IMG/VR virus record: IMGVR_UViG_3300016466_000663
Span: 1 to 25,971 of that record
DNA: 25,971 nt
Source of the DNA: a virus
Lineage: Duplodnaviria > Caudoviricetes
Strand: one strand, 5' to 3'
Made by a program: the position numbers and the translations under genes
Notes under the pieces: generated by a model
Told to the model about the DNA's origin: nothing
Database searches by the model: none
Seen by the model: only the letters and a program-made list of their open reading frames with translations
Shown here: positions 16,795-24,826 of the stretch, piece by piece
Position numbering within the stretch: position 1 is the first letter of the stretch
Layout: every line of letters starts with the position of its first letter

Positions 16795-18252
16795 TTATTT
16801 CCTTTTAACACCAAAAATAGCTTTGTAAACATCTAGTTTACTGTTGTTGGTATCCCCGCTCCCGTTTTTTGCATGTAAATACTGTTCAACAAATGGCGCA
16901 TTTGACCCTGGAGTATAATGCGTAGGGTATGGATTTTTGTTGTAATTCATACTACGAACCATATATTTTAAAGCATCAACCGCATCATAGTGTCCGTCAT
17001 CTGGAGAACGCGCAAAACGTTCTTTATTATTTACGCTCTTCCATTTTACATTCTTTAAGTGACGAAGTAAAGTAGAACATCTTGGATTAATAATAATTTG
17101 TTTTTTTGCAAGAAGAACTCGAACTGTATTAATAGCGGCTTCGTTGTTATCTTTTTTTGCCGCTTCAAAAACCATTTCACCATTACTAATTCGGCGCATT
17201 TCGTTTAAAACAATATAATCAATATCGCTGACTCGTTTTGTTGGTTTTTTTATTTCGTTAGTGTAGGGGTTTGTCCAAAGTCTTGCTTCAATTTCTTTAA
17301 TTTTATCAACTAATTTAGGAAGATGAAGTTCGTGTCCATTAATAACAAACTCATCTTCGACAATAATTTTAGCGGCTTTAAAATCGTAATACCCAAAAAG
17401 AATTACAGTTAGGTCATTAAATCCTAAATCCATCGCTTCATAAGCGTCAAAAAATGCAGGACGAGGCCATTCTTTTACTATTTCTTTATAAAGTTCATCG
17501 GTTGCTTCTGGAATAACAGACGTACTACTGTCTTTTACGATTTCACAAAGAAGCTCACGGCGAGCCGCTTCGGTATTTAATCCGCCAAGTTCTTCAATAA
17601 GTTCATCAAGTTGTTCTTTAGAAATACGGGGATTATCAAAAACGGTTTTTTTAATCAGTGATCCCTTAAGTTCAGCTTCTTCAATAAATTTAATAAAATC
17701 GTGTGCCGATTCTTTAGGCGGAGTGCTTGCGAGAATCATTTTACCACGAGTAATAAGAGTCGTTGGAAGTAAAATACTTTTAATAATGTTCTCTAAGTCG
17801 TCGCAACTACCAGCTTCGTCAACAATACAAATGTGTGAGTCACCACCGCGAAGTTTTTCAGCGTGCTGGTTATCAGTTCCTGCTAGTTGAATTTCAGAAC
17901 CATTTGGAAAATAATAAATATAATCTTTAGTTTTAAAATCAGGTTTTACGTCTTCTGGACAATCTTGAAGAAGGAATTTAAAAATTGGGCGAACGTTGTT
18001 ATTAACCTGAAGTTTTGTTGGAGAAACAAATTTTACAATACTATTTGGAACTTTAATGCATTGCTCAAGCGCAAGAATACAAAGCAAAAATGTTTTTCCC
18101 GAACGACGCGCTAAAAGCCAGGTGTTTGTTTTAAATCCATCTTGATAAAATCGTCTGTGCATTTCTTTTTGCACAGTGTCGAGTTTCCAAGATAATTCTC
18201 CGCGCCTCCAAAGTTCCTTAATGGCGTCGGAACGAGAAATTTTATTGCTCAT
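16795..18252 (-). CDS. terL: terminase large subunit
   Basis: Walker A ARRSGKT, Walker B CIVDEAG, coupling motif ASTP, nuclease motifs MDLGFND and HYDAVDALKY; start placed at MSNKISR (18252). Confidence 0.93.
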   Translation of the reverse strand: MSNKISRSDAIKELWRRGELSWKLDTVQKEMHRRFYQDGFKTNTWLLARRSGKTFLLCILALEQCIKVPNSIVKFVSPTKLQVNNNVRPIFKFLLQDCPEDVKPDFKTKDYIYYFPNGSEIQLAGTDNQHAEKLRGGDSHICIVDEAGSCDDLENIIKSILLPTTLITRGKMILASTPPKESAHDFIKFIEEAELKGSLIKKTVFDNPRISKEQLDELIEELGGLNTEAARRELLCEIVKDSSTSVIPEATDELYKEIVKEWPRPAFFDAYEAMDLGFNDLTVILFGYYDFKAAKIIVEDEFVINGHELHLPKLVDKIKEIEARLWTNPYTNEIKKPTKRVSDIDYIVLNEMRRISNGEMVFEAAKKDNNEAAINTVRVLLAKKQIIINPRCSTLLRHLKNVKWKSVNNKERFARSPDDGHYDAVDALKYMVRSMNYNKNPYPTHYTPGSNAPFVEQYLHAKNGSGDTNNSKLDVYKAIFGVKRK

Positions 18253-18673
18253 CCGAGCTTTCCTCGGACTGAACAAGACTCATTAAGTCTTGGCTTGGAA
18301 TACTTTTAGTTTCAACTTTAATTGTTTTAGGGCTGTTTTCAAGAACATTTAAAATTTTGGAGTAAATGTCCACACGCTTCGCTTCTTCAAGAGTCAATTC
18401 GCGCTCAAAAGAGACTTGCTTTAACTTATTTAGTTCCATTCTACAAATGGATTCTTGATCGCTTGTTAAAAATTTTTCTCCCACGGATGGAGGTTGGGTG
18501 GATGTTTGGATTAAGGGTGTTTGTCCTTCTAAAAGTTTTTTTAAATGAACAATCTCTTCTTCAAGTTCTTTATTTTTTTTAGAAAGCTTAATAATAGTTT
18601 TCTGTTGTGCTTCAGAAAATACTCTTAGTTCAGCTAAATCTTTAACCTCATCTAACATTTTTTCCAAGGACAT
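18242..18673 (-). CDS. coiled-coil protein, candidate terminase small subunit
   Basis: 143 aa, helical, overlaps the terL start; the assignment rests on position only. Confidence 0.4.
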   Translation of the reverse strand: MSLEKMLDEVKDLAELRVFSEAQQKTIIKLSKKNKELEEEIVHLKKLLEGQTPLIQTSTQPPSVGEKFLTSDQESICRMELNKLKQVSFERELTLEEAKRVDIYSKILNVLENSPKTIKVETKSIPSQDLMSLVQSEESSDEQ

Positions 18674-18675
18674 GA

Positions 18676-18987
18676 TTAATTCCTATTCATTTGAGATTTT
18701 AGCTGTTGGCCTAATTTAATACCACCAATAAGTGCTTTTGTGTCTTCTAATTCTTTTTTAAGAATAAGAGATTCTCGTGCATCTTTTTCAATGACATTTT
18801 CAAGTTTTTCAAGTTTTAATTTAAGTTCTTTAAATTCTTCAGATTTACCGTGTTGAACAAATGCAGAAAGGGCAGCCATGATCATAAGAATCATAGCTTC
18901 CGGTATATCAAAGTAGTCTTGATTTATTAATTTTATAGAAAAAACGCAAAACAAAACCAATGGTAAAAATCTAGCTACTTTTTCCAT
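18676..18987 (-). CDS. membrane protein (2 TM plus coiled coil), holin-like candidate
   Basis: Two hydrophobic segments followed by a charged coiled coil; divergent from the endolysin. Confidence 0.5.
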   Translation of the reverse strand: MEKVARFLPLVLFCVFSIKLINQDYFDIPEAMILMIMAALSAFVQHGKSEEFKELKLKLEKLENVIEKDARESLILKKELEDTKALIGGIKLGQQLKSQMNRN

Positions 18988-19089
18988 AAATCCCTATCTA
19001 TTTGTTTTTAAAGCATTTTAAGCGTAATCCGTTTTATTTTTAATTACCGTAAAAACGGCTGTCGGCATTGCTAAAAAATACTTTATAGA

Positions 19090-19114
19090 TAAAGTTGTTA
19101 AATAAACAACTATA
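19090..19114. promoter_or_regulatory. back-to-back pair of late motifs
   Basis: TTAACAACTTTA on minus (19090-19101) and TAAACAACTATA on plus (19103-19114), between divergent genes. Confidence 0.65.
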
Positions 19115-19126
19115 TCTGAGGTTAAA

Positions 19127-19648
19127 ATGTCAATAAATTACCGTATTTGTCGTATCTGCGTGGCTTATCTTGGCGATCATCCTAGTCTAAAAGATTGGTT
19201 TAAATGTCCCTCTTGTGGTTTTTCCAAAGTAAAAAAACCCGTTATTACTTTAGAAGCCTATTTAATGGGTCGAGAAAAGCAATTTCCAGAAGAATTCACC
19301 CAAGAATTACTTTTAAATGCTATCATATTTTTAGAAAAAGTAAATGCTTTATTATGGAGTTTAGGTATAAAAGAAGCTCAGGTGTCGTCGGGTTGGCGAC
19401 CAGCTGCAATTAATACCAAGGTTGCTAATGCCGCAAAAAAAAGTCTTCATATGACAGGAAAGGCTGTGGACATAAAAGACGATAAATCTCAGTCCTTAGC
19501 AGCTAAAATATTAACAAATCCTGAAGTGTTAAAAACGTATGAACTTTGGTTAGAAGATCCGGCAGCCACGAAAGGTAAAAACACAAATTGGGTCCACTTG
19601 GATATGGGCGTCAGAACTGAAAGACCTCTCAGGATGTTTAAACCTTAG
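19127..19648 (+). CDS. peptidase M15 family endolysin with N-terminal zinc ribbon
   Basis: SSGWR, SLHMTGKAVD and WVHLD are the M15 Zn-ligand motifs; N-terminal CRIC...CPSC. Confidence 0.8.
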   Translation: MSINYRICRICVAYLGDHPSLKDWFKCPSCGFSKVKKPVITLEAYLMGREKQFPEEFTQELLLNAIIFLEKVNALLWSLGIKEAQVSSGWRPAAINTKVANAAKKSLHMTGKAVDIKDDKSQSLAAKILTNPEVLKTYELWLEDPAATKGKNTNWVHLDMGVRTERPLRMFKP

Positions 19649-20581
19649 TTATTTGCCGGAAGAAAACATTTTTATAAAATCTGAGAATACTTCATCAGAA
19701 CAACCAATATTTAATCTAAATTGATTTTTATTTCCTTTTAGCGCTTCTCCCGGAAAACAAGTGATGTTTTCTGGGCAAGCTCCTTCTGCCCATAAAAACA
19801 TTCCGCTATTATTTAAAACTTTAAAAGGAAATGCTTTATTTCTTATTAATCTATTAATAATACTCCACCGAGCATCAAGAGTTTTTTTTCCATCCTCAAA
19901 AACAGTAAAATCTTTTTTTAGTTGAGATGCTATTATTTTTTCAGCTTTTATTTGGGAATCGATTGATAACCCACTGGTTGAAAGCTCGATATATTGTTCT
20001 AATGCTGTCGCTATATCCTTATCTTTTATAATAGCCCAACCTATCCTTGTGCTAGCGTGTCCAGTAGCTTTGCTCAATGAAAATACCATAATTGGATGAT
20101 TATATCTTTTAATTTTGGGAGTATACTGAGGCCACATATAAGTGAGATCTAATATATTACACTTGGCGTATGTGGAAAAACTACCGTCTGGATTGTTTGG
20201 AATAGTACAAATACTCAAAGAATTTTTATCTTTTTTCCACTCAAGCCCGGCAAAAGAGGCCAATGTGGGAAATCTTGAGAAATGAGGAGGATTTGCCCAC
20301 GCGGAAGTGATTTTTTTATCCAAGCTAGAATTTTTAAATTTTAGTACGGTCAAAAGTCCAAGAACAATTTGAGTTGCTCCGGCTGCTATTACTACATGTT
20401 TATCCTTAACATTAGCGTTTCCTACACTTTCGTGTAATTCAAGTATTAAAGACTTAAGTTCGGTTCTTGAACCAAATTGATATGTTTGTGGTTTTTTAAC
20501 GTCGTCCGTTTTTATCGGCGTTATATCCCAATAAGGGATTAAAAAAGCAGGGGATCCCCACGACATGTCTAATTTTTTCAT
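19649..20581 (-). CDS. PLP-dependent enzyme, alliinase / tryptophan aminotransferase (TAA1)-like
   Basis: LHESVGNA...VVIAAGATQ, PNNPDG, DLTYMWPQYTP and FSLSKATGHASTRIGWAIIKD (PLP lysine). Confidence 0.8.
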   Translation of the reverse strand: MKKLDMSWGSPAFLIPYWDITPIKTDDVKKPQTYQFGSRTELKSLILELHESVGNANVKDKHVVIAAGATQIVLGLLTVLKFKNSSLDKKITSAWANPPHFSRFPTLASFAGLEWKKDKNSLSICTIPNNPDGSFSTYAKCNILDLTYMWPQYTPKIKRYNHPIMVFSLSKATGHASTRIGWAIIKDKDIATALEQYIELSTSGLSIDSQIKAEKIIASQLKKDFTVFEDGKKTLDARWSIINRLIRNKAFPFKVLNNSGMFLWAEGACPENITCFPGEALKGNKNQFRLNIGCSDEVFSDFIKMFSSGK

Positions 20582-21216
20582 TTGGTTTCTCCAACTATTT
20601 TTAAACCATAAATGTAATTATCGTCATCCCCAACGGTCCACTTTTTACCATCTTCAGAGAACCATTCTTGTGTATTGACCTTATAATCGATAGTTTTAGG
20701 ATCTACAGATTTAATTATAGATGCGTCTTTAAATATAATTCTATTCTGAGGATATAAAGCAAAATTACCTTCTTTAAGTTTCATAAAATGAAAAACTTTC
20801 CATTCATTCGGAGATTCAGCGATTCCCGTTAACCCAGTTTGATTAGAAAAATCTATAGAAAAAACGTATTCCGAATCTAAAATTTCTTTATTTTTTAACA
20901 AAACTTTTGCCGACATTTTTTTTAGAAAGTCTAATTGAAAAATCGAGTGATCGTAGGATAAAGAATCCCACATTTCAACATCACTAAGAACTCTTTTAGG
21001 TGCATCAACTTTATGACATAATGCGTGTAAAGGTAATCCAGTAAATAAAACTCCATTTTCTAATAAAACATAAAAAGTAACCGCAAATCCTTTAACGGTT
21101 CTTAACCCGACTACCCAGCCCGGCGTAAAACTATCTAAACCCTTTTGTTGATTATAAAGGAATTCATTTCTTACAAAAACCGGAATAGACGGAGAACTAC
21201 TACTAAGATGTGCCAT
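20578..21216 (-). CDS. conserved phage hypothetical protein
   Basis: 212 aa; VRNEFLY, LPLHAL, YVFSIDF and GNFALYPQNRI resemble a widespread aquatic-phage family of unknown function. Confidence 0.7.
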   Translation of the reverse strand: MAHLSSSSPSIPVFVRNEFLYNQQKGLDSFTPGWVVGLRTVKGFAVTFYVLLENGVLFTGLPLHALCHKVDAPKRVLSDVEMWDSLSYDHSIFQLDFLKKMSAKVLLKNKEILDSEYVFSIDFSNQTGLTGIAESPNEWKVFHFMKLKEGNFALYPQNRIIFKDASIIKSVDPKTIDYKVNTQEWFSEDGKKWTVGDDDNYIYGLKIVGETK

Positions 21217-21217
21217 T

Positions 21218-21694
21218 TTATTTTTTACACTTGCTAGTTAGATATTCATGTACTTGAATAGCCAAAGACAACCCATCTAAATCGTTCATTTCAGGGTACA
21301 TAAAATGTTTTGGGTCATCTATGTGATTTTCATTAAACATACAATGGACCATTTCATGCATCATTAATTGAGTTTTATTTAATTCGGAAAGATTATCCCA
21401 GTATTTTTTATCAAATACTAACTTAAATCCATTTGTTTTAATATCACAAAATGCAACAACCGATTCCATCGGAACCTTTCCAAATTTAACACTCGTCATA
21501 AAAGGATAATAATATTGGTCCTTTTCACAATACTGAGCAATTAAATTTAAATTTTTATTAAAATAAATCATTAAATTTGGGTTCTGGCTTTTTGAAAACA
21601 TCACCGATTTAGCTGCGGTGAAAATAACAAAGGAATAAAAAAAGACGCGTATAACGTTTCTATATTTGTAAACTAAATTCTTAAATTTTTGCAC
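21218..21694 (-). CDS. membrane-anchored metzincin-like metallopeptidase
   Basis: N-terminal TM segment; HEMVHCMFNENH zinc motif followed by the Met-turn FMYP. Confidence 0.7.
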   Translation of the reverse strand: MQKFKNLVYKYRNVIRVFFYSFVIFTAAKSVMFSKSQNPNLMIYFNKNLNLIAQYCEKDQYYYPFMTSVKFGKVPMESVVAFCDIKTNGFKLVFDKKYWDNLSELNKTQLMMHEMVHCMFNENHIDDPKHFMYPEMNDLDGLSLAIQVHEYLTSKCKK

Positions 21695-21986
21695 GCTTCA
21701 CTCTTTGCCTTTCAGCGCATTTTTTACGATGACATTCTGGACAAACGTGGCCGTTCCAATAGCCGCCCGAAACACCCATCCAACGTTTATCTTTTTTATT
21801 AAATTTACCCTTTAAAATTCGTATTTTAATTTCACCACATTCTTTACATTGTTTGGTTTGTTTTTCGTTCGTTAATTGAACTGTTTTTACATTAGCATCT
21901 GATTCCATGTTTCTATAACCTTCTCTTCTTAAAAAGACCAAATCCATTTTTTTTAGAGTGCTGTAATTCGGATTGTTCATCGGCAT
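21681..21986 (-). CDS. small zinc-finger protein
   Basis: CKECG...CPECH; the true start may be MESDAN near 21908. Confidence 0.55.
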   Translation of the reverse strand: MPMNNPNYSTLKKMDLVFLRREGYRNMESDANVKTVQLTNEKQTKQCKECGEIKIRILKGKFNKKDKRWMGVSGGYWNGHVCPECHRKKCAERQRVKRAKI

Positions 21987-22140
21987 AGCCCTCTATTTTA
22001 TTCAAAGAAACTAAAAGAGCCTTATTAAGCTTCAAATATTCCCAAAAGTTATCTAGCCTATCTGAATGTAACATTAAGCGGTAATCGCTTTTTGTTAAAT
22101 AAATAAATTCTTCATCAAAACCTAAATTATTCGGATTCAT
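21913..22140 (-). CDS. hypothetical protein
   Basis: C-terminal part of the 104-aa ORF, starting at MNPNNLGF. Confidence 0.45.
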   Translation of the reverse strand: MNPNNLGFDEEFIYLTKSDYRLMLHSDRLDNFWEYLKLNKALLVSLNKIEGYADEQSELQHSKKNGFGLFKKRRL

Positions 22141-22336
22141 TAGATTGTTCTTCTCTCCCGGCAACAAAGCCGCATTCAACACATTCAAGCGTGTTGTTTT
22201 TATTATAAGACCAATTGTGAGGCTCATTACGAAAACGGCAATCTCTCAGGCTACCCGAAAAATTTTTTTCGTCTTCATACCCAATTAAAATATTAATTAT
22301 AAGCAACACTACAACAACTATTATAAGCAATTCCAT
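22127..22336 (-). CDS. small membrane protein with Cys/His cluster
   Basis: N-terminal TM helix; C...HNW...CVECG; TAGGTG RBS. Confidence 0.6.
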   Translation of the reverse strand: MELLIIVVVVLLIINILIGYEDEKNFSGSLRDCRFRNEPHNWSYNKNNTLECVECGFVAGREEQSNESE

Positions 22337-22389
22337 AGGTTACACCTAATTATTAAAAAATCTTCTAAATTGTTAAGATTTCTACCGCG

Positions 22390-22401
22390 TTAACAACTAT
22401 A
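22390..22401 (+). promoter_or_regulatory. late motif TTAACAACTATA in antisense orientation
   Basis: Exact copy on the plus strand with no downstream plus-strand ORF. Confidence 0.55.
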
Positions 22402-22604
22402 AGTATATAGGTAATTACGCTGATAGCGCGTAACCTAAGTGAAGCGCGGGCGCAGATACTTAAGTTCATTGGCACCCTTATACCCTCCGGGTTCCCTTCC
22501 CCGAAAAAACCTTTTTTATTCCATACGTTATACCTTGACGTATACGTCCCACATACTCCATTTAATACGCTCATGATGGTGCGTTGTATCATTTTGAGTA
22601 CCAT

Positions 22605-23141
22605 TTATGCACCTTTCCCAAATCTAGGTAATTCATTGTTATCTAAATAAGATTTAGTAAGAGCGTTATTGGCATATTGTGGAACGATGTACTCACGATC
22701 CTTAAATGTATTATTTACCCACTGGTGTGCTAACCCAAGGTTACGAAATACGCCTATAACGTATTCTGAATGCCTTGAATTAATAGCAGTAACAAGCACG
22801 TTAGCTTTATGATCGTAATCGATCCGTAAACGGTATTTAGCAGCATTTATGGGTTTGTATAGACCGTACCCTTTAGCTAGGTACAAATCCCTCCAGTAAC
22901 GAATTCTAACGGGTAAAGCAAAAGAATTGGATTCAGACTCAAGAAGTTCAAACGTAAGCTTGTTTCTATCTATCCCAAGTCTAACCGAACTATGCAGACC
23001 TTGAACGATTGACTTCACGTGACGAGCTACGGCTTCCACCAGGCAAGTAGAATGGAATAAGTATACCAGTCTATCGCTGTGATTTACGAATGCAGCTACG
23101 CCCGATTCTGGCAGTTTAATGAGAGTTTGAAGGTCAATCAT
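22605..23141 (-). CDS. hypothetical protein, degenerate GIY-YIG-like N-terminus
   Basis: SGVAAFVN...VYLFHS..L.....RH follows GIY-YIG spacing but lacks the conserved Tyr/Gly residues. Confidence 0.5.
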   Translation of the reverse strand: MIDLQTLIKLPESGVAAFVNHSDRLVYLFHSTCLVEAVARHVKSIVQGLHSSVRLGIDRNKLTFELLESESNSFALPVRIRYWRDLYLAKGYGLYKPINAAKYRLRIDYDHKANVLVTAINSRHSEYVIGVFRNLGLAHQWVNNTFKDREYIVPQYANNALTKSYLDNNELPRFGKGA

Positions 23142-23147
23142 TTCTAT

Positions 23148-23159
23148 AATAGTTGTTAA
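23148..23159 (-). promoter_or_regulatory. late-promoter-like motif (TTAACAACTATT)
   Basis: 11/12 match, 6 nt before the ATG at 23141, at the head of the minus-strand block. Confidence 0.65.
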
Positions 23160-23560
23160 AGTATCTATAAATAATTAACAATGTATAATAATGTTATTAT
23201 CGTATAATCGCGCGTAACAAAATCAGGTAGTTACAGTATGCGTTTCTATAGTACCACATACGTCTGAAAAAGTAATGTTTCTATACCCTTTTCTACTATA
23301 CCATACGATGTGTCATAGAGTACGTCTGCGAATTACGCAGTCATCCGTTGACTGTTCTAACCAGTTCTGTACCCCCGTCTAATCACCTTGATTCAACGTG
23401 CCACCCTGCTGGGTAAATGGGTAAGTTGTTTCTATAACTAGTAATTCCAAAAAGTTGCGTGTGGACTAAGCCAAGGCTATCGACGACTGCGAGAGCTACC
23501 CACCCCCTCCTCCTTCTAATGCAGCCGGTCTGCCGCAACTCCTTAATATCATTAGACTAA

Positions 23561-23657
23561 GGCTATCCTCTCTCCCAGTCTAGGCTATAAGCGGTAGCGG
23601 CAAGGGCTATCCTCTGAGGGTATCGGCTAAAAGGCAAGGTGATACCGGCTAGGGCTA
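23561..23657 (+). repeat. phased GGCTA repeats
   Basis: GGCTA at 23561, 23583, 23605, 23625 and 23647 (spacing 22, 22, 20, 22), plus copies at 23475, 23653, 23706 and 23712. Confidence 0.6.
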
Positions 23658-23825
23658 ATCTATTGGATAGGGTTATAGGCCACCCCAGCTTGACGGACTG
23701 TGTGGGGCTATGGCTACCCATCGACCTCGCATCTATATATATATCAGAGCAACCCCTCTCAATCGACTCGGTTGACCTAGCTACTTTGTTAAGTACCTGT
23801 TAAGACCGGTTAATTCCCTTAACAT

Positions 23826-23863
23826 TCTGTCGAACTTCTGGACAGTTGTCAAGGTCTTAGACA
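23826..23863. promoter_or_regulatory. putative enhancer (UAS): tandem TGTC-N9-GACA
   Basis: Two dyad sites about 65-100 nt upstream of a sigma54 promoter; 23826-23852 is a 23/27 inverted match to 25374-25400. Confidence 0.55.
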
Positions 23864-23926
23864 GTTTTTCGCCACTATTCCGGTTGAGGCCCCTTGATAT
23901 CATTGGGCTTTTTGGCTTAGCTGGCA

Positions 23927-23942
23927 TGGCATGTGCGCTGCA
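23927..23942 (+). promoter_or_regulatory. sigma54 (-24/-12) promoter
   Basis: TGGCATGTGCGCTGCA, which is GG-N10-GC, upstream of the first plus-strand gene. Confidence 0.7.
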
Positions 23943-23991
23943 ATAACCTGTATTCGTCGGCGGCAATCAGGCAGCCGGTAAGGAGAATAAC

Positions 23992-24168
23992 TTGAAAGCA
24001 AAAATGAATTACTTGGCAGCTCTAAGCCTAGCCCAACTGTATCGGGAAAGGGCAAGCGCTTTGCCCTCAGGCTACTATCGAATTTCTCATATTGAGCAAG
24101 CTAAGCACGCTTTATGTCGTGCAAAAATTCTGCGCATTAACGCCATTGAATTACCGGAATGGTTTTAA
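23992..24168 (+). CDS. 58-aa early hypothetical protein
   Basis: TAAGGAG RBS, TTG start, MKAKMNYLAALSLAQ...ELPEWF; below the track cutoff. Confidence 0.6.
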   Translation: MKAKMNYLAALSLAQLYRERASALPSGYYRISHIEQAKHALCRAKILRINAIELPEWF

Positions 24169-24170
24169 TC

Positions 24171-24235
24171 TCCTGAAACGCGCTCCGGCGCGTCGTCCGT
24201 CCGGTGGCTCCGGCGGACCTGATGATGGGAAGCTA
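24171..24235 (+). ncRNA. type II hammerhead ribozyme
   Basis: GAAA, stem III (ACGCGC/GCGCGU), GUC cleavage triplet (cut after 24194), stem I (GUCCG.CCGG/CCGG.CGGAC), CUGAUGA, stem II UCCU/GGGA; loop UGGCU can pair with the 3' AGCUA. Confidence 0.85.
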
Positions 24236-24254
24236 TAAACGAAAGGACTTTACT

Positions 24255-24713
24255 ATGCGCTCACGGATTATTATCTCGAAGAACGGTCAAACTCTTGTAG
24301 CTCGCGGTCAGGAATACGTCGCACCAAGTCAATCGGCAACCACGGTCCTAACGTCGCGCCAGTTTGAAAACGACAACGACAAGCGGTCCACCTATCGCGC
24401 CATGCGAAACAACGGCGACGCACTGGAACGGGCTTGGATTTACGGGAATCCTCGCGCTGTATCTAAGGCAGAATTGAAGCGTGCGGCAAGGCTGGAAAAG
24501 GCTAGAAGCCTGCCCATGATTAGCCCCGCGGAAGCTATCGCCATGCTGGAAGCCATGAAACGCGCCGATGAAGCCAAAGCCAAGCTTGCAGCACGGGAAA
24601 AAGAACGGGCGGAAGAAGCTCGCCGTGAAGAGTTGGAAGAAGCTCGGGAAGCTCGGCGCAAAGTGGCGGAGGCTAGACTGTCAACGCTGCGCGGATTGAA
24701 TAAGAGCGCCTAA
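24255..24713 (+). CDS. early hypothetical protein with C-terminal coiled coil
   Basis: Start placed at MRSRIII (GAAAGGA RBS), 152 aa; the longer GTG start in the track lies inside the ribozyme. Confidence 0.7.
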   Translation: MRSRIIISKNGQTLVARGQEYVAPSQSATTVLTSRQFENDNDKRSTYRAMRNNGDALERAWIYGNPRAVSKAELKRAARLEKARSLPMISPAEAIAMLEAMKRADEAKAKLAAREKERAEEARREELEEAREARRKVAEARLSTLRGLNKSA

Positions 24714-24785
24714 GAACTAGACGCTTGATTAAAACTTCTACAGGGTAGCACGGAAGCTGCCCCTGAAATGACAGGGAAAATTGGC

Positions 24786-24801
24786 TGGCATGACGCCTGC
24801 T
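24786..24801 (+). promoter_or_regulatory. sigma54 (-24/-12) promoter
   Basis: TGGCATGACGCCTGCT (GG-N10-GC), then CAGGAGA RBS and ATG at 24827. Confidence 0.7.
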
Positions 24802-24826
24802 ATACCCTAGACTCAGGAGAACGACC

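Noticed and set aside
22365-22604. 79-aa minus-strand ORF
   Set aside because: No recognisable motif or RBS, and it overlaps a plus-strand late motif and hairpins; left uncalled, though it cannot be excluded.
23515-23545. TAATGCAGCCGGTC resembling the start of a twister ribozyme
   Set aside because: I could not find the downstream conserved segments or pseudoknot partners.
24204-24254. GTG start of the 169-aa ORF
   Set aside because: It lies within the hammerhead with no RBS; the ATG at 24255 has GAAAGGA.
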